Assembly: GCA_001778985.1 (NCBI GenBank)
Contig: MFIU01000002.1
Location: 139,930-203,929 of the forward strand
Reading direction: 5' to 3'
DNA from: Candidatus Giovannonibacteria bacterium RIFOXYD1_FULL_48_21
GTDB taxonomy: Bacteria > Patescibacteriota > Minisyncoccia > JACPKW01 > UBA11713
Length of the DNA stretch: 64,000 bases
Part shown: piece by piece, positions 56,856-64,000 of the stretch
Position numbering within the stretch: the first letter of the stretch is position 1
Layout of the letters: every line of letters starts with the position of its first letter
Made by a program: the position numbers and the translations under genes
Notes under the pieces: model-generated
Database searches by the model: none
The model's input: only the letters and a program-made list of their open reading frames with translations
Told to the model about the DNA's origin: nothing

Positions 56856-57808
56856 AACACGTCCCGTATTGATGTTATTAACTCTTCTTCATTACTGCCG
56901 CGTTTCTGATTCCTCCCGCTTCTAACATGGAAAGCGAATGGTTTCCCCTTCCACATATGCTCTTCCCAGCCCGCTCTTCTGGCGTCAAAATGTCCAAAAC
57001 TGCTAAAACCCGATGCAACATAATAATCGCGCTTTTTAGGAATGTAGCACAATCTATCCGGAAGAAAAAACTCAAACAATGCGTTGGCTAGCAAACCGAG
57101 TTTGCCGGCAAGACGCAGGTCAGTCCATGGATTGTACACCGGCTTTATGCATTCGCAGGGGGTGAGGCTGTTTTGGTAGTAGCGCTTGTATATAAAATAA
57201 CCTGTATCATGAGAGGTTCCTATATTTCTTTTTCTGATGCCGAGATTAAATAAATTGGTCTTTCTTTTCTTGGTTTTTCTGTTGTCCCCAGTCCTTCCAA
57301 AGTCAGGAGTAAAATCCAAAGTGTCGAGCGGAACTTTTTCAAGGTCAACAAACATGCAAAAATCCGTAGCCGGAAAATAACGGATTTTTCTGTAATCCTT
57401 TGGATAGTACGGGGCGCCCAAAAAAGCAAGATTATTCTTTATCATATGATTTAACGCCTCGCGAAGCCATTCCGGATAAATGACATAAAAATCATTGTCT
57501 AAAATAAGCACGAAGCGGGTCTTAACTTCTTTCAAGCAAAGATTGAGGGCAGAAGCATGTTGATAACTGGTCCAATATTTGCCGCACGAATCTCTGTTAA
57601 TGAGCGGCGCGTCTTGATTCGTTATAATCTTAAATTTTTTAGAATCTATCTTGTCAATAAGACTGGGCGGCGAATTATCGCCGACGAGCCAAATCCAGTT
57701 TTTAAATGAATTAAATTTCACCATAAAATCATAATTCAGCTCAACAAACCTTTTGGTCATCTCATTATGATAAACAGAAATTATAGTTAGTTCCGGAGCT
57801 TTATCCAT
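56852..57808 (-). CDS. putative GT-A glycosyltransferase (GT2-like), AT-rich
   Basis: LTIISVYHNE and LILDNDFYV (DxD-like) segments. Confidence 0.4.
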   Translation of the reverse strand: MDKAPELTIISVYHNEMTKRFVELNYDFMVKFNSFKNWIWLVGDNSPPSLIDKIDSKKFKIITNQDAPLINRDSCGKYWTSYQHASALNLCLKEVKTRFVLILDNDFYVIYPEWLREALNHMIKNNLAFLGAPYYPKDYRKIRYFPATDFCMFVDLEKVPLDTLDFTPDFGRTGDNRKTKKRKTNLFNLGIRKRNIGTSHDTGYFIYKRYYQNSLTPCECIKPVYNPWTDLRLAGKLGLLANALFEFFLPDRLCYIPKKRDYYVASGFSSFGHFDARRAGWEEHMWKGKPFAFHVRSGRNQKRGSNEEELITSIRDVL

Positions 57809-59222
57809 ACAATGCTTTTTTTATGTGTTCGATAACGCGCTGGGAAGAAAGGCCGTCTGACTTATAAAGAACTTTATCGCGAAATCTTTCCCTTTTTTCG
57901 CTGTCCAATTTGGGATTTTTTAAAAACGCGTCCAAAGCCGAAAACAATTCTTCAAAACTTCCGATAACTTTGGGAGCTCCAGTGGCGAACACCTCTTCAA
58001 ACCGTTCGTTAAACGCGTAGCGGCGGATGGATTGCCTCAAGGGGCGCTTATGATACCCGTCAAAAATATTAATAAGCATGGGAACGTCAAAAACCATGGC
58101 CTCCAGCATGGCGGTGGTAAACATAGTCATGGTAACGCTGGAGTGGCGCAAGATGTTCACGAAATATATGCTCTTCTCCAAATCGCCCCAAAATTCCCTT
58201 TTATAAAACCTCACCCGCGGATGTTCTTCAAATCTTTCAAACTTTTTTTTGTCAAAATTTCTGTCCGCGCCCCGTCCTCCCAGATAAGGGCGAATCACGA
58301 AAAACAAATTTGGGCCCAGTCGTCCTTCGTCTATCCATCTAAGCATGGTTTCAATCACATCCGGCTCGTCCGGGGAATACACGCTCCCGGAGATATACAA
58401 AAGATATCTGGCATTTTCCGGAAAATCAAGACTTTTGAGAAGTTCACCCCTCGACATTTTATATCTTTCATCCGAAATAAAATCATGGTGGGGGTATCCC
58501 ACAATCTTAACCCCGTCATCCTCGTAGCACTGAAGATTAACGGCCATCTTTTTTATGTGGGCGCTTTGAGCCAAGAGGACGTCCGGGCGAAACGGCAGAA
58601 AATACTTGTCAAAATGATCCCAGCCCGAAATCATTCCCAGGGTTTTGACTCCACTCCTCTTCGCCTCTGCCAAAAGCCGCATATCGTACCTGCCGTAAAT
58701 ATGAGGGGTAAAAACTAAATCCGGCTTATATTTTTCGAAGAGATTCGAAAACGGCCTTTGGCGGGATACTCGATAAAATAAAAACGGAATCAGACTTACT
58801 TTAATAATGCGGAATCTCCCGAAAGTGTTCGCGATAAACCATTTCACCGGAGCCAAATACCGCTTTCCTCCGGCGGGCGGCTCATCCGGACGGAATCCCA
58901 GAGTGGCGAAGACCCGGGTGGCGTCCGTGTAGATAAGATAAGAAAAGAAAAAATAAAACACTTTCTGAAAAAAGTTTTCGAACGCGGCAGGCGCTGGCGC
59001 GACTTCAATCGCAAATTGCTCACCGGCGACGGAAGAAAAAAACGGCGAATATTTTCCATAATAAACTTTATCAGGCAAAAGGAGAACGATTTTAAGATTC
59101 TTCCTTTCCTCCAGCATTTTTTTAAGCTGGTCAAAAACGCTCCCAGGAAAGAAGAAGAGGTTTTTAAAAACCGCCATCGAAGATAAACTGATAAAAATGG
59201 TTTCAGAGTTTTTTGAAGACAT
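57801..59222 (-). CDS. TagB/TagF-like GT-B protein, paralog 3 of 5
   Basis: C-terminal MLEAMVFDVPMLI and NPKLDSEKRERFRDKVLYKSDGLSSQRVIEHI motifs shared with the paralogs. Confidence 0.55.
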   Translation of the reverse strand: MSSKNSETIFISLSSMAVFKNLFFFPGSVFDQLKKMLEERKNLKIVLLLPDKVYYGKYSPFFSSVAGEQFAIEVAPAPAAFENFFQKVFYFFFSYLIYTDATRVFATLGFRPDEPPAGGKRYLAPVKWFIANTFGRFRIIKVSLIPFLFYRVSRQRPFSNLFEKYKPDLVFTPHIYGRYDMRLLAEAKRSGVKTLGMISGWDHFDKYFLPFRPDVLLAQSAHIKKMAVNLQCYEDDGVKIVGYPHHDFISDERYKMSRGELLKSLDFPENARYLLYISGSVYSPDEPDVIETMLRWIDEGRLGPNLFFVIRPYLGGRGADRNFDKKKFERFEEHPRVRFYKREFWGDLEKSIYFVNILRHSSVTMTMFTTAMLEAMVFDVPMLINIFDGYHKRPLRQSIRRYAFNERFEEVFATGAPKVIGSFEELFSALDAFLKNPKLDSEKRERFRDKVLYKSDGLSSQRVIEHIKKALYG

Positions 59223-59820
59223 AGTAAATAGTTTTACCGTTCCATTCCCTGGGAGCCAGGCGAAATTTATCCAAAAACCAAATCCAATAAGGGTATTCCG
59301 CCCGGTGGAAGCCGACTTCCAAAACAGAAAACTTGTCGAAAATATTTTTAACCAAAGATTTGGTCATGATAAATTTATGCCTGCTGTTTTTCGTAAAGCG
59401 GCGCATTTCTCCATTTCTTAAGAAAAAATATTTGTTGGCCAGATTAAAAATGTTCGGCGTGGCGACAAAAAGGAGGCCCGCGGATTTAAGCACCCGCTGG
59501 GCTTCGCGCGCGAAATGATGCGGATTTTCCAAATGTTCAATCACATTCCAGGCCGCAACAATATCAAAAGAAGAATCCGGGTGGGGAATTTTATCTTTAT
59601 TCAAATCAAGTTCCGGCAAATCGTATCCGACGCAATTTTCAAGGCCGCCACAAAACTTCCCGCTCCCACATCCCAAATCCAAAACCAGCTCTCCTCCGCC
59701 CAGATACTTTGAAACTATTTTTTGCGCCGCGCCACTATCAATTATACTCGACGTCTCCATACTAATTTTCGCATAATAAATTTGCCCAGCCTTTACCGCC
59801 CTCCCTATTTTCTGAAACAC
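59203..59820 (-). CDS. class I SAM-dependent methyltransferase
   Basis: VLDLGCGSGKF motif I and DIVAAWNVIEHLENP motif. Confidence 0.8.
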   Translation of the reverse strand: MFQKIGRAVKAGQIYYAKISMETSSIIDSGAAQKIVSKYLGGGELVLDLGCGSGKFCGGLENCVGYDLPELDLNKDKIPHPDSSFDIVAAWNVIEHLENPHHFAREAQRVLKSAGLLFVATPNIFNLANKYFFLRNGEMRRFTKNSRHKFIMTKSLVKNIFDKFSVLEVGFHRAEYPYWIWFLDKFRLAPREWNGKTIYYVFKKL

Positions 59821-60634
59821 TCAAAAGCGAGGCCGGGTCTTTAGGCTTTAAAATCTTCTGCCGGGCATCCAGCAGGCTGAAGCGAAAACCCAGCCCTTGA
59901 AGCCAAATCAGGAACTCCAGAGGGTCGGACCCCAGATTTTTAAGGCCCCAAGGCCAAAATTCCATAATCATTTTAAGTTTATTGTTTTTTAAGGTTTTTT
60001 CTCCCCCTTTAAGCACGAGTCCTTCCGCACCCTGCACGTCTATTTTAATGAAATCAATTTTTTCTTTTTCAAAATGTTCGTCCAGGGTATGAGCCTCGAC
60101 CTCGAACGAACCTCCCAAATCCTGGGCAGAAATATTTCCAGCCTGAAGTGAAACATTGCCTAGATTTTTTTTATCCAAAAATAATTTAACCTTCCCCTTT
60201 TTATTCGAAAGGGCATACGGGTAAGCCGTCACATTATCTAGATTATTAATTTTAATATTTGTTTTCAGGAGTTTGAAATTTTCCGGCTCGGGCTCAAAAG
60301 CCCAAACTTTTCCTTCCGGGCCGGCGGCCCGGGCCATGATTAACGTGAAATAACCGATATGGGCTCCGATATCAACGGCCCTCATGCCCGGCTTTATTAA
60401 ATTTTTCACGAGTTCGGTTTCATATTCATCATAAACCCCGCGCAAAAGCAGATCCGGGGCTTCGCCAGTGTCTTCGGGATTTATGAACATTTTGCTTCCC
60501 TGAATTTCAAGCAAGGCGGCTCCTTTAGGTTTCAGCTTCTCGAATAAAAAGCGATGCAGGGGGCGAACTCCGGGGATTTTCCCTAAATTTTTTCCCCGAA
60601 GGCTTTTGGTAATCTTTTTAAAAACTTGAAACAT
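59762..60634 (-). CDS. FkbM-family methyltransferase
   Basis: AVDIGAHIGYFTL...VWAFEPEPENF FkbM/Methyltransf_21 pattern. Start set to the internal M (MFQVFKK) at 60634 to abut the upstream stop. Confidence 0.7.
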   Translation of the reverse strand: MFQVFKKITKSLRGKNLGKIPGVRPLHRFLFEKLKPKGAALLEIQGSKMFINPEDTGEAPDLLLRGVYDEYETELVKNLIKPGMRAVDIGAHIGYFTLIMARAAGPEGKVWAFEPEPENFKLLKTNIKINNLDNVTAYPYALSNKKGKVKLFLDKKNLGNVSLQAGNISAQDLGGSFEVEAHTLDEHFEKEKIDFIKIDVQGAEGLVLKGGEKTLKNNKLKMIMEFWPWGLKNLGSDPLEFLIWLQGLGFRFSLLDARQKILKPKDPASLLSVSENREGGKGWANLLCEN

Positions 60635-60635
60635 T

Positions 60636-62015
60636 TTAGATAAAATCCAGCAAGGCTTTCCCCAGCCTCTCCCCGGAAAAGCCGTCCTGAAATTGGCATT
60701 CCTTTTCAACAATCTTTCTTCTGCCCTCGAGAAGATAGCCCGGCTCGGAAAGATATTTGTTGAGCGCCCTGATAAATTCTTCCTTATCCCTGACCAGCCA
60801 AACTCCGTCTAAAGGTTTTATATCCGACAAATATTCCCAGTCAAAAAAGCGCCGGGCCGAATTCCAATAGTTTCGCTTCTGATAGCCGTCAAAAGCGACG
60901 GCGACGAGCGGTTTGTCGAAAATCGCCGCTTCAATGAAAAACGTGGAGTACATACTGATAACGAGGTCGGCGTGCGCCAAGCTGTTCAGAAGGAAATTAA
61001 TAGATTTTTCGTCAAATTCCCAATCCCCCTTTCCGCTGCCGACGTGAAAAACAGCCGGAGTGGCTAAAAAGCCGTATCGAGTTTTCATTGCTGAAATTTT
61101 CTCTTGGGGAAAATCATAGCGGGGATAAGGACGGATTAAAACATTCACTTCTTCGCTAAGTTCTTTTTTCTTTACGGCCTCGGCCAGAATGTCAACGATA
61201 TCGAATTCGATATCCAGGCCGGCCTTTCCGGAAAACCCGTATAAAATCAGTTTCCTTGAGGGGTCAGCCCCGATTTCTTTAAAAAATTCCTCGCGGGTTT
61301 TTAAGCCGGTCTTTCTAAAGTAGCGGTCATATTGAGGAATTCCGACCACCGTCGTGCGCTCTCGAGAAAAATCTCCAAACTTCTCCGCCTGCTCTTTAAT
61401 AAAATCTGTATGCAAAAAAAGCCAGTCGGGTTTTACCAATAAAAAAGTTTTGCCGTAGAAATTGTCCCAGGAAAGAGTCATACCTAAAACTTTAATTCCC
61501 CGCTTCTTGGCCGCCTTGGCCAAAACATAGTCTTCCATGTAAACCATGGTGGAGCAAAAAATCAAATCCGGCCTGTATTTTTCTAAAATTCCGTCAAAAG
61601 CAGAGTTGGGCAGAACAAAATAGATTTTCCTTAATAAATTCCGCCACCAGCGAAACCGGCCCAAGTGCCAAAAGATTCTCTGAAAAACAAAGATAAGATA
61701 GCGCTGGACAAGACGGACTTTAGAACCGACTCTGTAAAGCGCGGTCCGGCTAGAGATAAAAGTAGTACGGGCGTGGATGCTCGAAGTTTCCAGAAACTTG
61801 AAAAATCTCTCAACTTTCCGAAGCCTTACTTCCGGCAGAGGCTCAAAAACAAGAAAATTTTGGGGAAATTCACGCCGATAATAAGCAAGTTTTTCCCAGG
61901 GGGCAAGTAAAACCAGCCGGATGCTTCCTTTTTCGTTCAAAATCTGCAGAACGTCGGTTCGGAGAAAATTTCGCACAAAAAAACTAGTAGAAACATTCGC
62001 TAAAATTGTTTTCAT
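60636..62015 (-). CDS. TagB/TagF-like GT-B protein, paralog 4 of 5
   Basis: FIEAAIFDKPLV and EPGYLLEGRRKIVEKECQFQDGFSGERLGKAL motifs. Confidence 0.55.
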   Translation of the reverse strand: MKTILANVSTSFFVRNFLRTDVLQILNEKGSIRLVLLAPWEKLAYYRREFPQNFLVFEPLPEVRLRKVERFFKFLETSSIHARTTFISSRTALYRVGSKVRLVQRYLIFVFQRIFWHLGRFRWWRNLLRKIYFVLPNSAFDGILEKYRPDLIFCSTMVYMEDYVLAKAAKKRGIKVLGMTLSWDNFYGKTFLLVKPDWLFLHTDFIKEQAEKFGDFSRERTTVVGIPQYDRYFRKTGLKTREEFFKEIGADPSRKLILYGFSGKAGLDIEFDIVDILAEAVKKKELSEEVNVLIRPYPRYDFPQEKISAMKTRYGFLATPAVFHVGSGKGDWEFDEKSINFLLNSLAHADLVISMYSTFFIEAAIFDKPLVAVAFDGYQKRNYWNSARRFFDWEYLSDIKPLDGVWLVRDKEEFIRALNKYLSEPGYLLEGRRKIVEKECQFQDGFSGERLGKALLDFI

Positions 62016-63364
62016 ATTTTAAGAAAATCGATGAGCTCCCGTGCTACTCTTTCGCTCGCCCGGCCGTCCGAGAGCGAAAACCATTTTTTGCGGATTTCAG
62101 CTCTCCCCTCTTTATGAAGCGCGGGGTTTTGAAAATAACTTTCGACCGCTTTTAAAAATTCTTCCCTGGTGTCCGCGTACCACACCCCTTTTGTTTCCAA
62201 AAGTTTATGGATGTGTTCCAGCAAAAAACCCCAGCCTTTCTGATAGATATTCCTGGGAGTGGGATAAACATCGGCCACGATTACCGGTTTATCCAGGAGC
62301 GCGGCATCCAGACAAACCGAGGTTGGTCCGGTTACCACCACGTTCGAATAATACAGCTCATCAATAAAATTATCGTCATCTTCTTTTCTAATCACAAACT
62401 CTCCCGGCCTTGAACCGAAGCGAAAGCCGGGCTTATCGAATGAAATTTTGCTCGGCCATTTTTCTCCCTCGAGCAGTTTCACGTCTTCGCCTGGAGGATA
62501 TCGAACCAGAATATTGGCATCCGCCTCGCTTAATATTTTTAAAACATTCAAATCAAGGTCGTTGTGTTTAATAATTTTGTCTCCGCCCGGCGCGAAGAGA
62601 ATCAGTTTCTTTCGAGGGTCAAGCTTAAAATGAGAAAAAAATTCCGCCCGGCTTCGAATGGGGCCCTTGAGATATCTATCGTAATGGGGGTGCCCGGTCA
62701 GGACGATTTTTTCTTCCGGATAATAGTGGAGTTTTAGAGTTTCTTTTTTAAGCTCGGGTGAGCCGCAAAGAAGTTTATCCGGGAAAACCCGCAGCATCTG
62801 TTGAGTGGGATTATCCCAAGAACGCCACATTCCCAAGATGGGAATACCCAGACGGCGAGCATCCTGCATCAAAGCCACGTCGTTTTCATTATGGATGTCG
62901 GTGGAGAAAACAGCCGCGGGCTTATATTTCTCAAAAAGAGGATAGAAAAGGCCTTTCGGAGAAAATTTAAGGTCTAAGGAGCGAACGAGTTTCTGGACTG
63001 AAAAAGAGCGGCCGAAAAAACCCGCCGAGCCCGAGAGTAAAAAATACCAAAGTTTTCGGTCCCAATAATATTTCCACCGGCGCTTAGCTCGGGTGGTGCC
63101 GGTATTAAAGAAGGTTCGCGAAAAACGTTTGAAAAAAAGTCCGGTCCAGGTTTTGGAAGGCTGATAGGTTTTAAAACCCTCAATAAGCACGTTGCCTCCG
63201 CTAGCTGGCGGACCAAAATTTTCTTCAAAATAAGAAACTTTGTAATCCGGGACAAGAATAACCAGTCTTAAATCCTGCCGGGACTTAAGGATTGAAAGAA
63301 CGGGAGTGGCCAAAATATTTCTAGAAATATGGGCATGAAAGCTGGTAATGAAAAGGGTGCGCAT
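62012..63364 (-). CDS. TagB/TagF-like GT-B protein, paralog 5 of 5
   Basis: CLDAALLDKPVIV and NPALHKEGRAEIRKKWFSLSDGRASERVAREL motifs. Confidence 0.55.
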   Translation of the reverse strand: MRTLFITSFHAHISRNILATPVLSILKSRQDLRLVILVPDYKVSYFEENFGPPASGGNVLIEGFKTYQPSKTWTGLFFKRFSRTFFNTGTTRAKRRWKYYWDRKLWYFLLSGSAGFFGRSFSVQKLVRSLDLKFSPKGLFYPLFEKYKPAAVFSTDIHNENDVALMQDARRLGIPILGMWRSWDNPTQQMLRVFPDKLLCGSPELKKETLKLHYYPEEKIVLTGHPHYDRYLKGPIRSRAEFFSHFKLDPRKKLILFAPGGDKIIKHNDLDLNVLKILSEADANILVRYPPGEDVKLLEGEKWPSKISFDKPGFRFGSRPGEFVIRKEDDDNFIDELYYSNVVVTGPTSVCLDAALLDKPVIVADVYPTPRNIYQKGWGFLLEHIHKLLETKGVWYADTREEFLKAVESYFQNPALHKEGRAEIRKKWFSLSDGRASERVARELIDFLKI

Positions 63365-63378
63365 TGTATAAATATAGT

Positions 63379-64000
63379 ATGTTTCGATGGTTAAGAAAAC
63401 CTCAAATAAAAGCCATTCTTCCTAAAATTGAACTTGGCGCTCTTTGGCCTGATGAGATTTCAGTAAAAATTCTCGAGCCGGATGCCAAAGACGGCAATGT
63501 CTCCTTGGGAGAGCTGGTAATAATCTCCCAGTTAGTAAAACTCCGAAATCCCTTAAAAATTTTCGAAATCGGCACTTTTGACGGACGGACGACTCTGAAT
63601 ATGGCTTTGAATTCAAGTCCAAATACAGAAATATTCACTTTGGATCTTCCTCCTAGGAAGTCCGACTTCCAATTGGAAGTCGGACTTCCTCTTGCCGGAG
63701 GAGATAAAAAATTCATCGGCAAAGTTGAAACCGGCTTTCGCTTCAAGGGAAAAGAGGCCTCAAAAAAAATAAAACAGCTTCTCGGCGACTCCGCAAAATT
63801 TGATTTCTCGCCTTTCTATAATTCAATGGACTTTGTCTTTGTGGACGGCTCGCACGCTTACGAATACGTCTTAAAAGATTCCGAAAGCGCTTTGAAGATG
63901 ATAAAACCCGGGGGCGTAATTTTATTTCACGACTATAATACCTCCTGGCCCGGCGTGACCAAGGCCTTGAATGAACTTTTCACCTCCAACCCCCGCTTCA
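63379..64000 (+). CDS. class I SAM-dependent O-methyltransferase (Methyltransf_24/TylF-like), 3' end cut by window edge
   Basis: Hand translation of the plus-strand frame gives IFEIGTFDGRTTL and DFVFVDGSHAYEYV motifs. Not in the ORF track because no stop occurs before the window end. Confidence 0.55.
   Translation, partial: MFRWLRKPQIKAILPKIELGALWPDEISVKILEPDAKDGNVSLGELVIISQLVKLRNPLKIFEIGTFDGRTTLNMALNSSPNTEIFTLDLPPRKSDFQLEVGLPLAGGDKKFIGKVETGFRFKGKEASKKIKQLLGDSAKFDFSPFYNSMDFVFVDGSHAYEYVLKDSESALKMIKPGGVILFHDYNTSWPGVTKALNELFTSNPRF

Overview
This 64 kb window looks like it comes from a small, AT-leaning (roughly 45% GC) genome of an uncultivated bacterium, possibly CPR/Patescibacteria-like; that placement is inference from gene content. 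Almost all of it is one very large, mostly minus-strand surface-glycan biosynthesis supercluster. The first 8 kb hold a LmbE-type deacetylase, a WbqC-like protein, a GH18 hydrolase and a convergent processive GT2 synthase with a QxxRW motif, a possible chitin/PNAG-like polymer module. After that come a hicB-hicA toxin-antitoxin pair, secA, pdaD (pyruvoyl arginine decarboxylase) and hpf. The hpf gene has a structured leader of about 190 nt with three hairpins. Next are a PglC-like phosphoglycosyl transferase, two secreted cell-wall-associated proteins, an O-antigen-ligase/TPR fusion, and an IS200/IS605-like HuH transposase insertion that has clipped the 3' end of a DMT transporter gene. From about 15.4 kb to the end the window is a dense nonulosonic-acid (sialic/legionaminic/pseudaminic-like) and deoxy-sugar locus. 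It carries three NeuB-like synthases (one fused to a cupin), two NeuA-like CMP-transferases and two NeuC-like hydrolysing 2-epimerases. It carries three Gfo/Idh/MocA oxidoreductases (two of them near-identical duplicates), and a PfkB kinase, HAD phosphatase and transketolase. It has an ACP / FkbH / AcpS / GNAT / MaoC / FabG cassette, probably for an ACP-borne acyl or glyceroyl decoration, and a Gmd / ColD-like / Fcl colitose-type pathway. It also has an RmlC-like epimerase, several extended-SDR epimerases, a DegT aminotransferase and multiple methyltransferases. Glycosyltransferases include GT2 enzymes, a GT-C-like membrane protein and five paralogous TagB/TagF-like proteins sharing a conserved C-terminal motif. 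There is also an ABC exporter, three EamA/DMT transporters and a small PaaX-like regulator flanked by a repeated TACGATCGG motif. Several genes stand out by base composition or signals (12869..13981; the plus-strand gene 44174..44935, which has a canonical SD, TTGACA promoter and terminator; the 51.9-55.4 kb block), suggesting mosaic acquisition. No rRNA, tRNA or CRISPR array was seen.
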